From Eledone cirrhosa (Eukaryota): DNA of 64,000 bases. Below, in pieces: positions 13,595 through 28,109 of this stretch. Location of the stretch: the NCBI GenBank assembly GCA_964016885.1, contig OZ024741.1, forward strand, positions 139,376,001 to 139,440,000, read 5' to 3'. The notes under the pieces were generated by a model. The model saw only the letters and a list, made by a program, of their open reading frames with translations, made no database searches and was not told the DNA's origin. Made by a program: the position numbers and the translations under genes. Every line of letters begins with the position of its first letter. Positions within the stretch are counted from its first letter, which is position 1.

Positions 13595-13639
13595 AACGGT
13601 GCTGATGATAGCCAACAAGCTTGAAACTAGTACATCGTT
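13595..13639 (+). ncRNA. Minimal hammerhead ribozyme in a ~400-bp non-coding element (13485-13890)
   Basis: aacggtg-CTGATGA-tagc(caacaa)gctt-GAAA-ctag-TA-catcgtt; 7-bp stem I, palindromic stem III. Confidence 0.8.
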
Positions 13640-13789
13640 CCTGTGTCAGTGTTGAACAAAAAGGTGACGTGGTTGCCTTAACAGCGTATGGCATAAATTC
13701 AGGCTGTTCAGTTTGTTTACAAACGAACAAAGCGACTTTATAATAAGCGCCGCTAAACTGATACGTGCATATATGTATGTGTACCTGTA

Positions 13790-13827
<38 letters not shown>

Positions 13828-14189
13828 CATGCTACTGTACGTCTGTATACATATATGTATGTACGTATACATGCATACTTACATTTATATATAGATAGAT
13901 AGATAGATATTAATTTGATTGCTTGCCGTAATAACTTTATTGTTTATAATCTATTTCTTCGTAATGTATGTTGCTTAATATATTTTTGTTAATTTATTTA
14001 ACATAAAATTCACCCCTTCTTTTATTATTTTATAACTTCTTATAATATTTTATATATTTATAGCACTTATCTCCTTTGGATTTTTTTTTACCGTCACGTA
14101 ACGCTGGTTCTTCGGCCAAGGTCTACTGAGAACGTTTGGTACCCCTGACCTGGTCTAGCAGCATATTGTAACTTCTGATTAAATGTGTA

Positions 14190-14380
14190 GCATTGGGATT
14201 GTCAGTATCGGTAGAAAGTCGGACGCTATGCTTTGCAGCACAGAGTTACGTCCCTATATGGTCTGAGTTCAAATCCTGCTGAGGTTAACTTTACTTTTCA
14301 TCCTTACGGGGTCGATAAAATAAAGCACCAGTAATGAACTGGGATAATTGCTGGCTAGTGCTAAAAGTTGAAACAATTAT
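14190..14380 (+). mobile_element. tRNA-derived SINE
   Basis: B-box-like gagttcaaatcc, core tttcatccttacggggtcgataaaataaag, tail aaagttgaaacaattatt; paralogues at 34.8, 37.5-38.2 and 54.1 kb. Confidence 0.8.
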
Positions 14381-14717
14381 ATGTGGACAGCAGAATTTCT
14401 GTCGCCTCGAAACAACCTTCACTCCCTTGATTATATCTACCGACCGACAATATTTTGCATTGCTAAGTGTGAGACATACGGAGATGGCTGTAAGCAGCAA
14501 TAAAACCGAATTGAGCCATCTCCGAATCAAATTTATTCTCTGGTAATGTTTACTATAATCTTGAAATCGATTCAATAATTCTTTATACACACCAGCTAAC
14601 ATCACCAAAGACTTCTGTCTGAACCACCTAATATAATTCGGCCATAGAAATACATATTTTTTGTAACATTAAAATAATAGTTCGAATCCTGCCTTCTGCT
14701 GTGTTTTAACACAAACA

Positions 14718-14786
<69 letters not shown>

Positions 14787-16612
14787 GGATGCGGTGCTCG
14801 AGGCGGCAGGTTTCGGACCCGTGTTCAGGGGCTGGATTGCTACAATGCACAGCAGAACATCTGCTCAAGGGTCAAGGTAAACGGCTACCTCTTGGAGCCG
14901 TTCGATATCACGCGATCCATCCGACAGGGATGCCCGCTCTCCTCTCTTCTGTACGTACTGATTCTAGAGCCACTACTGTGGAAGTTGGAGCTATTGCAGG
15001 GTATCCCTTTGGAACCGGGACTGCGAAAAGCAGCGTCGGCCTACGCCGACGAGTGACGGTAGTGGTGTCGAGCACCTCGCAAATCGGGGAGCTCGGCACC
15101 TTATTGGAGGAATACGAAAGTTTCACAGGAGCGTAGCTGAACCGGGAAAAATCCGTCGGTTTGCAACTCGGAACGTGGAGAGGCAAACCGATGCCTTCCG
15201 ATTGCCCGTCGGACGCTGGACGGAAGGACCGGTAAGGCTGCTCGGGATCTGGTTTGGTCCGGCCCTCCAGGTGGAGAAGAACTGGATCGAGGTGACGGCC
15301 AAGGTGTTTACGTTCACCCAGAAGTGGGCCGAGTGCAAACTATCCTTGAAAGGTCGAGCGGAGGTGGAGACCACTTTTATAGCGTCCGCCATCTACTACC
15401 GCTTGACCGTCGTCCCTTGTCCAGCCAAAATGCTCACCAAAATGGAGCGCGCGCTCTTCCAATTCCTTAGGAAGAAACGGGCTCCTTTGCTGAGAAGATC
15501 CATCTGCTGCCATCACCCTTTAAACGGAGGGCTGACGATGCGCAAACACGCGCTCAGGCTGCGGCACCTCCACGTATTCCTCACCAGACAACCGGTGTGG
15601 GCCCCGTTTGTAAGCCGAGCCTTCCCATGACACGTCTCGCTGACCGAGCTGCAGTCATGGGTCAAGCAAAGACCGATGAAAATGGGCGACTGGCACATCG
15701 AATGTGCTCAGGCGCTCACAGTCCTCTGGCAAACGGACCCGGCTATTAGTGGAGACTCCACTTCGACATTCTATTAAAGTTTGGTGCGCTACAAGTGCGA
15801 CGAAAAGATCGGAGAAACTCTAGACGTAGAGGAGTACGAACTGGCCAGTCTGTTCGGTAGAACCTTCCGCCCAGGACCAATGGACAACTTCCAAAGGTCC
15901 CTGGCCTGGCAGTGCTACTGAGGAGCTCTACCAGTTCGTGACAAGTTCTACAGACACGGGCGCCCGGGTAGCGACCCTTCGAAAAGATCTGTCCGAGATG
16001 CGTGCGCGACGAGGAAACACACATTTGTACACCGCCCGGGCGTTACCGACCTGTGGGGCTATGTATGAAGACTATTGTCGCGGGTAGGACCAATCCAGTT
16101 GACCACCGAGTCCATTGTCATGATCAAACCGCCACCCTCCTTCAAAAACGAGGGAGACGCGGTTTTCCTATGTGTTATGGCTATGGTGAAAGGGGTTATA
16201 TTGTGGACGAGGTTAAAAGGGCTGAGGTCAGACACCTTTCTCTCTGGCGAACAAGTGATTCATTTTTTAAAATACCATTTTGGAAGAAGAATCAGGATGG
16301 AGAGAGAGGTCTGTACCCCAGCAAATTTGATAAAAGGTGGGTGAATGTGGCAAAGATGGCCCGAGTGGTTGGGCCTTCTCTCTATAGTAAAAAGAGGAAG
16401 AGAGAAAGGGAGTTCTCACTGTTGGTGCTCCTGGAGATGAGGGTTGTACATTTGTTCGGGGTGTGTACAACCCCTGGGTAACGCCTCCCCCCTATTGGGG
16501 ATATCAATTGTTATTTGTTATTTTATTAATAGTTTTATTTTCATATACCTATATGTAAACTCCCCATTTGTGTTAGTCCCCTTATTTTGTGCCCTTTTGG
16601 CTAATAAAGAAA
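14787..16612 (+). mobile_element. 5'-truncated, decayed L1/Tx1-clade LINE flanked by (CTAT)n
   Basis: RT remnants QGCPLSSLLYVLILEPLL, NREKSVGLQLG, VRLLGIWFG, LSLKGRAEV..YYRLTV; AATAAA at ~16603. Confidence 0.85.
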
Positions 16613-16633
16613 TGCATCTATATATCTAGCTAA

Positions 16634-16681
<48 letters not shown>

Positions 16682-17045
16682 CTAGCTATTTAGCTATATA
16701 TATATATAGGGAGATGAAAAAAACGACAAAACTACAGGGAAGATGAAAAAACTTACCTCTTAATCTTAAATCTTCAATTATTATATTTTAATTCTTATTA
16801 ATTATTTTTAATTGTAATACTGAACATTTGATAAGATGGATTTTAATAGTACATCAAAACCGATAATAGTTTATATACTTTATATAGATTATAAAACTCT
16901 TTTCTGAAAGAATTGTCTTTCTCATTTTTTAATAATGTCACTTTGACCAGTCAATGAAAGGAAAAAAAAGAAAAACAGACCATTAAATATTCTTCCAACT
17001 TCCCCTTTTCTCTCTCTCTCTCCATCTCTCTCTGTCTCTCTCTCA

Positions 17046-17141
<96 letters not shown>

Positions 17142-17204
17142 AGTATAGAAATTGTTGTAGCGAGAAGCTAACAGTATTCCATATATATATATAGAGAGAG
17201 AGAG

Positions 17205-17408
17205 AGGAACCTGCAGCCGTAGAATCAGACAGATCCATACAGTGATCATGTCTCGAGTTACCTGCCGCCGAAACAATTGTAACGCGCAATAAACTGGGTT
17301 CAGATACATCACTGATTTTTCGTTTTTTATAGTATTCACGCTCTGCTCTATAAGAATATTGAGTGCTAATTTTGGCATACCGCCCATGGAAGCTCCATAG
17401 CTAGCATT

Positions 17409-17410
<2 letters not shown>
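17205..17410 (+). mobile_element. PLE pLTR 3' fragment carrying a half hammerhead
   Basis: GAAACAATTGTA then AATAAA; homologous to the 6.3 kb and 31.2-31.6 kb copies; lies between microsatellites. Confidence 0.65.
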
Positions 17411-17464
<54 letters not shown>

Positions 17465-17570
17465 TGGCTGCCAGCTCGTTTTCGAGTACGGCCACTACTC
17501 TATATCCATGTAGGAGAACCCCTACCGAAGCGCTGAACGAGTGTGACTTCTTAGTCCAGCCAGCGACTTG

Positions 17571-17693
<123 letters not shown>

Positions 17694-18296
17694 AATTGAG
17701 GTTGGTAATGGCACATGGAATATATAAGAGACAGAATACTTTTTTGTGAAAAAACATAATTTTATAAGGTAAGGAAATAATAAAGGGTATAAAAAATGAC
17801 CGGTTTCGATGGGTCTGCAAAAGCCATCTTTTCAAATGTTGATTAATATTAAGAAAAATTAATAATACGAAGAGTTAAAATTTGAGATTTGAAAATTCAG
17901 GTATAAAATTCATTGTGGGATTTCATAGCAGTTTTCATCTAGGTAGCAACAACAGGTTGACTGCTGTGTCCCTTTCTGGTAGTGAATGAGAAGTTATTTG
18001 GGGTGTGGGTTATTTTATAAAGGTCAGATTTAGCAATCACCAACTGGCCAGCTGCTGGTCAGTGAGGGGATGGAAGCAATATACATACACATATCTTCAT
18101 GTGGTGGGTAGGAGAGTGGAGCGTGATAGAAAGGGATTTAGTGCACTTACACCTATATATACACACATACCTTCATTTACTCATACATACATATACATAT
18201 ACATATACATATATATATATATATACATATACACACGTACATACACACACACATACATATACATACACACATACACACACACACTTATATACACAT

Positions 18297-18347
<51 letters not shown>

Positions 18348-18388
18348 TATATATACATACACATACATCCAGATACACACACACATAC

Positions 18389-20383
18389 TGCGAACACATC
18401 ACCAACTTTCCCTATGAAAACATTACAAATAAACACACGAAATCAAACCTATCTACACACGAATGGGAAGAATTATTCACACTTAGAAACAACCCTGAGA
18501 TAACTATCAAAGAAGCCGATAAAGGCAGTACTGTTGTCATTATGAATACGGACTACTATAGGAATGTCGCACTTAACATTTTAGAAAACAACACATACTA
18601 TGAAAAAACAGAAAACTACAAACACACCAAAACAATGGGGAACCTTTTGACCTTACTGAATAAATACCGCAACAGCTTAACCACAAAAGAGTTTAACTAT
18701 ATAAGCCACTTCAAATACAATACAAGCTCTTTTTACGGCTTACCGAAACTCCACAAATGTAAACTCATAAACGATGCATGTGACACCTCAACCAACAATT
18801 ACATTGAACTAACACCACCAGAAGACCTAAAACTCAGGCCAATTATAGCAGGCCCTACATGTGAAACCCACAGACTTAGCAACTTTCTGGACATCCTACT
18901 GAAACCCTTTCTACAACATATACAGAGCTACATACGAGATGACCTTCACATGCTGAAACACCTCCCTGTAAGTGCAAATACAATTCTTGTCTCCTTTGAC
19001 GTAATAAACCTCTACACAAACATATCTCACAACTATGGAATAACAGCAGTCCAATACTGGCTTAACACACACCCATCAGAAATACCGACACGCATCAACA
19101 CAGATTTTATCACTGACGGACTCCGCTTTATCCTACAAAATAACTACTTCACATTCAATGGTTCAACATACAGACAAGTATCAGATACGGCAATGGGCAC
19201 GAAAATAGCACCCACATATGCCAACCTAGTCATGGGATTCCATGAACAACAAATATACAGTCAGTCCCTTCTCTTATTTGGAGACTCTTTCCACACACAC
19301 CTCAAAGCCAATTGGAAAAGATATCTAGACGACTGCTTTATCCTATGGCAAGAAGACATGAACTCACTTACTACGTTTAAAAACATGATAAACAACATAG
19401 ATAATAACATACAATTCACAATGGAATCCAATCCTAAGGAATTAGCCTTCTTGGATATTCTCATCTCTGTAATAGACGGGAAATTAGATACAGATATATT
19501 TTATAAACCAACAGATTCCAAGCAATACCTCTTTTTCACATCAAGTCACCCAAAACATACAAAACTTAACATTCCTTACAATTTGGCCAAACGTATATGT
19601 ACCATAGTATCAGATCCACCTAAACGGGAACAAAGACTAAAGGAACTAAAAGACACCCTTATCTTAAGAGCCTTTCCACTTGAAATAATCAACAATGGAA
19701 TAGACAGGGCAAAACACCTAAATCCCCATCAACTTAACAATCCAAAACAGAAAACCACACTCAACACCCTGCCATATGTATCCACTTTCAACCCCAGAAA
19801 TACCGAAATGTTTGATCACCTACACAAAAACCTCCCCATCCTACTTAAAGATGTAAAAATGAAGTCTATTCTTGAAACACACAAGATCCTTAAAAGTAAA
19901 AGACAACCCAAATCACTTAAACGCATTCTCACTGGACCAAATATACCCAAACCAATCCTCAACCCTACAGTTACCAAATGTGGTAGAACAAACTGTGGAA
20001 CGTGCCTCTACCTCACTGAAGGACAAACATTTACATTCAAAGATGGCCAAACATTTACAGTAAAAAACAATTTCACCTGCAACTCGGAGAACTTGATTTA
20101 CGCAATAACTTGCGGTGGGTGCAAACACAACTACATAGGACAGACGGGCACATCATTACGCAAAAGAATGACCATCCACCGCCAACAAATCCGGGACGCT
20201 AACACAAGAAAAATCCCCTTGAGCAGCCATATTGCGAACTGCGCAGGAATAACACTACCCAACTTTAAAATCTTCCCCTTCTACAAGTGCTCAGATTCGT
20301 TCACACAGCAACAAAGAATAAACAAAGAAAATCTATTCCTTAACAAATTTAAACCAAGACTAAACGGGTTATCACCCCAATAG
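18389..20383 (+). CDS. PLE reverse transcriptase plus GIY-YIG endonuclease (5'-truncated, no internal stops)
   Basis: IKEADKG, FYGLPKLHK, LRPII, SFDVINLYTNI, TAMGT, RYLDD, FLD, YKPT, linker CGRTNCGTC, NLIY..YIGQT..RM..H. ORF-track residues upstream of ~18389 come from the antisense pLTR. Confidence 0.92.
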   Translation, partial: CEHITNFPYENITNKHTKSNLSTHEWEELFTLRNNPEITIKEADKGSTVVIMNTDYYRNVALNILENNTYYEKTENYKHTKTMGNLLTLLNKYRNSLTTKEFNYISHFKYNTSSFYGLPKLHKCKLINDACDTSTNNYIELTPPEDLKLRPIIAGPTCETHRLSNFLDILLKPFLQHIQSYIRDDLHMLKHLPVSANTILVSFDVINLYTNISHNYGITAVQYWLNTHPSEIPTRINTDFITDGLRFILQNNYFTFNGSTYRQVSDTAMGTKIAPTYANLVMGFHEQQIYSQSLLLFGDSFHTHLKANWKRYLDDCFILWQEDMNSLTTFKNMINNIDNNIQFTMESNPKELAFLDILISVIDGKLDTDIFYKPTDSKQYLFFTSSHPKHTKLNIPYNLAKRICTIVSDPPKREQRLKELKDTLILRAFPLEIINNGIDRAKHLNPHQLNNPKQKTTLNTLPYVSTFNPRNTEMFDHLHKNLPILLKDVKMKSILETHKILKSKRQPKSLKRILTGPNIPKPILNPTVTKCGRTNCGTCLYLTEGQTFTFKDGQTFTVKNNFTCNSENLIYAITCGGCKHNYIGQTGTSLRKRMTIHRQQIRDANTRKIPLSSHIANCAGITLPNFKIFPFYKCSDSFTQQQRINKENLFLNKFKPRLNGLSPQ

Positions 20384-20723
20384 AATTGTCATAAAATATA
20401 AACACACATACGCACGGAATCACTACTATTAAAGACCAGAGACCAATTCTGTAGAATCAGGTTTATTCATTGACAGACCATGCCTTTGTGTGACCAACAC
20501 ATCCATTTTAAACCCTGCACGTGCACACACATATATCTATATATATATGCGCACACAGAATTCACCACTGTCGGTTGCGGGGCCCAATCTACATGAAGAA
20601 CTCAATGTGATCAGAATGACTTGTATTTTAATTTCACTGTCCCAACTTCTTATATTATGGAAAAATATATGTGTCTGTATGTATATATATATATATATTT
20701 GGAGGCCATTTCTGTGTGTGTGG

Positions 20724-20801
<78 letters not shown>

Positions 20802-20840
20802 ATGTATGTGTGTATCTGGATGTATGTGTATGTATATATA

Positions 20841-20909
<69 letters not shown>

Positions 20910-21364
20910 ATGTGTATATATGTGTGTGCGTGTATGTGTGTATGTATATGTATGTGTGTGTGTATGTACGTGTGTATATGTATATATATACATATATGTA
21001 CATGTATATGTATATGTATGTATGTGTGGATGAAGGTATGTGTGTATATATAGGTGTAAGTGCACTAAATCCCTTTCTATCACGCTCCACTCTCCTACCC
21101 ACCACAGGAAGATATGTGTATGTATATTGCTTCCACCCCCTCACTGACCAGCAGCTGGTCAGTTGGTGATTGCTAAATCTGACCTTTATAAAATAACCCA
21201 CACCCCAAATAACTTCTCATTCACTACCAGAAAGGGACACAGCAGTCAACCTGTTGTTGCTACCTAGATGAAAACTGGTATGAAATCCCACAAGGAATTT
21301 TATACTTGAATTTTCAAATCTCAAATTTTAACTCTCGTATTATTAATTTTTCTTAATATTAATC

Positions 21365-21412
21365 AACATTTGAAAAGATGGCTTTTGCAGACCCATCGAA
21401 ACCGGTCATTTT
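21365..21412 (+). ncRNA. Variant-core (UUGAAAA) hammerhead; inverted copy at ~17793-17840
   Basis: TTGAAAA-gatgg...ccatc-GAAA-ccgg-TC; stem I weak. Confidence 0.6.
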
Positions 21413-21548
21413 TTATACCCTTTATTATTTCCTTACCTTATAAAATTATGTTTTTTCACAAAAAAGTATTCTGTCTCTTATATATTCCATGTGCCATTAC
21501 CAACCTCAATTTTCTCTATAACCTTCGTTTTGTGTAGAAAATTACACT

Positions 21549-21588
<40 letters not shown>

Positions 21589-22863
21589 TTGTTGCGCGTG
21601 TCTTTCTATCTCTGTATATGTGTACGTTTATGGGAGTCTACGAATAGGAGTATATAAATATGTAACTTATGTAAACGTCTGCAAATACAGACGTTCGTGC
21701 TTGATTTTATTCTCCACCTAAAATAGTTTCTAATGTATGCATATATCGAGTTTATATAATAAAGCCCGAAACCCTCACCTACACACACATACACACTTGT
21801 AGTTATGTGTAGACCAGATGCATGACATATCACGTTAAAATGTGTACTTCTATTTCTATTCACTTATAAAAATCATCTGTCTTATTTGTCTAGACGCATT
21901 ATATTTTCTCAATAATTCAAAAGAAAGCGTTTTCATTCTTATTCTAATGTACTACTTGTTTCATTGTTTCACCAACCAAGTTCTTGGTGTATATATGGGC
22001 AAACCTGTTTGCGAATATTCGCAATCTTCCTGACTTACTCAATTGAATAGTTTGTGGTTATGCATTATGCAACCGTTGAAATAATTATTTTGGCTATGGC
22101 AAGTTTCGAACGCGATGACAATAGAGGTAAATATTTTAGTATTCCAGTATCTCAGACATAGTACGAGACATTTTACTTTCATACTGTTGACCAAATGAGG
22201 AAGCACCCCAGGGCATGGTAACCTGCCTAATGTACCAGAAAAATATTTCACAACTCAAACAGCCTTGTCTCACATGAAAAAGGAAATGTTTGATAATGTG
22301 ATCGTGAATGAAATTTACATGTAAAAATGAAACGATCATATGTATTTTAAATTTAGATTAGCTGTCTTCATGCATTATTCAAGTAGTAGAATAATAATTG
22401 TGACTTAGACAACATTTGAACACGATACCAATATGTGCAAATAGCTGCGATGTCTTGGGTGTTGTAATGCGTAATAAAAATGCCTGAAAAAATTGCAATT
22501 GTGATTGCAACTCATCATAATGAAATCATCATAAATCTTGTTAACTTTGGGTTAGCATTGAGCTAAACAAAAAACATTTACAACTTTCATAATATTGCTT
22601 TCTTCTGAATATGTAGATGTCTAATGTTCCAAAATCAGTGATTAAGTTAAAGTAATCTTTGATATATCATCATGTGCTATTTTATAAAGACAGCAGAATG
22701 TTGATCATTCCAAATAGAGCTCCAGATATTAGATACAGCAACTTTTACAAAAATAAATGAAATGAAATAAATGACGCTCATCTGTGCAGCTTTAGATTGA
22801 CTATTTCGATGATACATCGTATTATGCGGCAATATATATAAATATAAATATATATAAATATAA

Positions 22864-23861
22864 ATAAGACTCGAGTTGCATTTTCGATTTCATCTTTTTT
22901 TCTTTATATATATATATATAAAGAAAAAAAGATGAAATCGAAAATGCACTGGAGACTTATATAAAAAAAATATATATTTATTTAGTTCCTTTATCGGTTT
23001 CGCAGTTCTTGTGATTTTCAAAAGTAGAGTTGAGATGGAGCGTCTGTGGTTTTTCTCACATCTGGTTGGCCTCTGAATGTTACTTGTTTTATATGGAAAA
23101 AAGTGGCTCGAAATGCCAGGTTTTTAGAGAAGTAATTTGATTGGTTGATCAATAATTATAATAAATTTCGTGCCAGTTCGCGTTACAAAGTTCTTCAAAC
23201 AAATGGGGGGCGGCCACAGGTTGTTTTTCATATATGAGTGTTTGAATTTATTTTTACTTTAAAAAAAGGGGCTCACGAAGGCTTTTTTTTAATAAACGTA
23301 ATTTTATTGGTTATAAATAAAATTATGGTTGACACGTGAACAAGTTTTCACTAAATTTTCGCGCCCTTATTTGGAAATCTATTCTGTAGCCTTTTTAGAG
23401 AATTTTATGACAAGCAGAAGATAATGGTCAAGAGAAATGGGAAGGGAGAATTGTTATGGTTCAGTGAATATGGTTAATTCGCTGGGGTGTCAGAATTCAG
23501 ATTTTCTATTAAAATAAAGAAAGTAAAGATATGTATGTTTATTTATGTGTTTGTGTGCGCGCGTGTGTGCGTGTATTGGAAGATGATTCTATTAGTAGAA
23601 ATGGGGGAGGTAGTTGTGTGTGTGTGTATATGGGTGTTATGTGTGAGTGTGTAGGAGTATGTTAAGATGGAGAGAATATATATATTTTGTGTGTGTGTAG
23701 ATATGTGTGTAGGAAGCTGATTCTATTAATAGAAATGGGGGTGGTTGTGTGTGGGTGGGTGGGGGGTTATGTGTATGTATGCGTGTTATGTGTGTGGGAG
23801 TATGGTTAGCATGTTAAAATGAAGAGAATATATATATATATATTGTGTGTGTGTGTGTGTG

Positions 23862-23892
<31 letters not shown>

Positions 23893-24802
23893 AGGAAAAT
23901 GATTCCTTTAGTAGGAATATTTTTGAATGAACATATTTTCCTTACTTATTCGTATTTGTTCTGTTGTATAGTCAGCGCAAACGTATGTTAAGGTTTATTT
24001 AGTTCGGGTTTTTATTTTCTAAAGTAGCAGGTGTTATGTGTGTGTGTATGTGTCTATTTGGATGGTTAGCATGTTATGGTGTTGACATAATGTATATTAA
24101 ACCATATTTAATGGTGGTCTATATTTTTGAATAAACATATTTTCCTTATTTTCCCATATATCTCAACACACAACCCAAGAAATATTCACTGAACCAGAAC
24201 AATTATCCCATCCCATTTCTCTTGACCATTATATTTTGCTTGTCATAAAATTCTCTAAAAAGGCTACAGAATAGATTTCCAAATAAGAGCGCGAAAATTT
24301 AATGAAAACTTGTTCACGTGACAGCCATAGTTTCATTTATAACCAATCAAATTACGTTTTAAAAAAAAGCCTTCGTGAGCCCCTTTTTTTAAAGTAAAAA
24401 TAAATTCAAACACTCATATATGAAAAAACAACCTGTGCCCCCCCCCCCCCCTGTTTATATAACTTTGTAACGCGAACTGGCGCGAAATTTATTATGATTA
24501 TTGACCAACCAATCAAATTACTTCTCTAAAAACATGGCATTTCGAGCCACTTTTTTCCATATAAAACAAGTAACATTCAGAGACCAACCAGATGTGAGAG
24601 AAACCACAGACCCTCCATCTCAATTCTACTTTTGAAAAGCAGAAGAACTGCGAAACCGGTAAAGGAACCAAATAAATATATATATATTTTTTTTAAATAA
24701 GACTCCAGTTGCATTTTCTATTTAATCTTTTTTTGTTTATACTTTCACTCTTGCAGGACACCTCGGTTATTTTTCATTTTGTAAAAAAAACCTCACTTTC
24801 TA
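22864..24802 (-). mobile_element. Extremely 5'-truncated PLE with ~550-bp inverted pLTR arms
   Basis: Arms ~22921-23480 and ~24181-24740; last EN codons ENKENMFIQKYRPPLN at ~24100-24155 on minus strand; extra 45-bp fold-back at 22864-22960. Confidence 0.85.
24628..24665 (+). ncRNA. Variant-core hammerhead
   Basis: ctt-TTGAAAA-gcag(aagaa)ctgc-GAAA-ccgg-TA-aag; mutated mirror copy at ~22988-23025. Confidence 0.65.
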
Positions 24803-25612
24803 ATATATATATATATATATATGATTAAATTGGTATATTATTAAACTAACATTAGCCAAATAAAACACAATCCTCTTTAGATTTTAAAGCTCATCGCAAT
24901 TAATGCCATAAGTGATTTTGCAAGATTAGGTCAATTCTGAAAGAATGAAACACATCATTTCAAATTACTGTTTGTTAAACAATTAGTAAATACTATTACT
25001 ATAATGTCTTTTTTTTTAATTTAGACGCAAGACTACCAATTTAAAGCTGAGTAGCATGTTGATTATATCAACCCTCGTTTGTTGAGTGTTATCGTATTTG
25101 GCTGACTCCAAAAGGAGGAAAGGCAGACCACTTGAATGAGGTTCAGATGAGAACGTAAATGGACTGATCAAATATCTCCCAACGCTTTATCGATTTTGCC
25201 AATACTCCCCACTAGATATATAATTTTTGTGTGTGTCGGATATAACACAGAATGGAAGCATGTATTTATATGAGAAATTAAATTTGTTTCTTTGAGTTTA
25301 AAACCTAGAAACACTTTCTCCATCAAGTTTTTTCGTACTATTTCTTGCTTTACTCCTTATCTCAACTGTGTTATAGCCGTGGGGAATATGTTATAGATGA
25401 TCATGTGCTACATGCACACAATACAGTATCAGAAGCACGCTGTAGAATATAATGTACTTTAAGAAATATTGTTTATCGTGATCCCTCATTTTTGTGTACA
25501 ATATATCTCACTATTATGTTTATATACATATAAAAATCTTCGTTGCGCACGTTTCTTTTTTTATGCTGTACAGATGGTAACATTTTACCTTGGTTTTGTT
25601 ATATATATCTAC

Positions 25613-26240
<628 letters not shown>

Positions 26241-27311
26241 GAGATTAGGTTCATCAGGTTCTTTCTAATATAAGTTCAGAAACGTGATTCCCTCTTGATT
26301 ACCCTCAGAAAATTTACAAAAAGAGGAATAACAATCCAGAAAACGAACACAAAAATTGTTGACCTACATTCCGTTTTCTCGATAAATAAGATTACATGGA
26401 AATGCTAAACTATCAAAGTCATTATTTTATCATTATTTACTCCAAACGGAAATAGATCAGAACTCATCTATGTATTCTAATCTTATAGAAAAAGAAAAGT
26501 AAGAGAATATTAATGATTCAGTTAAGAATATCATGAATAAAACTTTTGCTGAATGTAAGCTAGGAATAATTTTGAAATCCTGTAAACAATATGGTTGACT
26601 ATTATTATAGTCAATATTTGAATTATAATTTGTATTTTATCATCAGATTACAAGATATCGAACGTATAATAGGTATTTGTTATCATGTAATCATAATGCG
26701 CGAAATCAAATCGGTATATAAAACGATTTAAAACGCTTATACATTATTGATACATTTTTGTTGCCTATATACATATGCACATATACATCCACATAGACGC
26801 TGAGACTTGCGCACACATACAATTCACTCATATATATATATATATATTTGTAGCAATTATATGTGAGAGACTTTGCACATACTAAATCGTTTATAACTCG
26901 AGGATTTACGTCTGCGTGGTCCAGTGGTTTAAGCTCGTCTATAGTTTGCCGATATATACTACTTGAATTTTGTAGCATTCTTTACTTCATACAAAATTTT
27001 ATGAAACAGTGAAGTAGATTCTAGATTCGGTAGGGGTAATCATTTGTGTAGAAGGCAAATAATATCTTAAGTGCTGTATTTCTTTTTGCACGGGGATCAA
27101 TATAAATATTCCAGTATAAATACATAACAGATGTGACTAAAGCAACAGCGTATACTCTAAATGATTTGAATGTTGTAACAATGATATTTATGGTTATAAA
27201 AAAAAACATTATTTATGTTCTGTTTTCCAGTCAAAATTCAGGCAAGAGCTACCTCAATTTTATAACATATATGTACTATTTTGTTAACATACATTTCGTA
27301 TTATAACATAC

Positions 27312-27385
<74 letters not shown>

Positions 27386-28109
27386 TGTGTGCATGTGTGT
27401 GCGTGTGTGCGTGTCTCTGTGTGTGTGTGACTGTGTCTGTGTTTTAATTATTGGTAGCCAACACGTATTTACGTATCCTATATTCTCCACTCTTAATGTG
27501 GAACACTTTGACATCATAAATGTATTTCTTACAAAGTTCTACAAGGTTTCTTTCACTTCCATGCGGTATATATACACAGCAGCGTTTAGTTCAGCATAAT
27601 ACTATGAATCCTACAATAGATTATAAAACTTACCAAGAATAAATACACCGTTAGGTTTCATCTCTTCTCTGATGTATTTATTATTTCGGCTATTTGTTTC
27701 AATCGCTTCTATTACTATAAATCATGAATGCCGACATTTTATAGATTCAGTTGTCCTGTAATTTCTATTCATTTATAAATTCTATTGTTTAAAAGTTATG
27801 ACTTGGGTGTAAAACGTATACCTTCCAGCAAGGATATATATAAAAGCAAAGTTGTATTCTGTTGACGACTGTATTGTGAAGATGAGAATTCTTGATATGC
27901 TGTGAACTTGTGAATAATCAGAAGCAATTTGTTTAAAAGGCACGACGTGAAACATTTGAGATAACGGAACTTAGAGAAACTGTATTGGCGTGTGATTGAG
28001 TAAGATTTAATTACATGAGATATATTGAACGATTTACCGCTTAAAGATAAAAAGTTAAATTAATATTGTGATGAGTAATACATACTAGACACATCAACTA
28101 TCTTCACTA

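Noticed and set aside
18005-18388. N-terminus of the 792-aa ORF as a real protein domain
   Set aside because: It is the antisense pLTR (same peptide at 20650-21201 minus) with a GTG start
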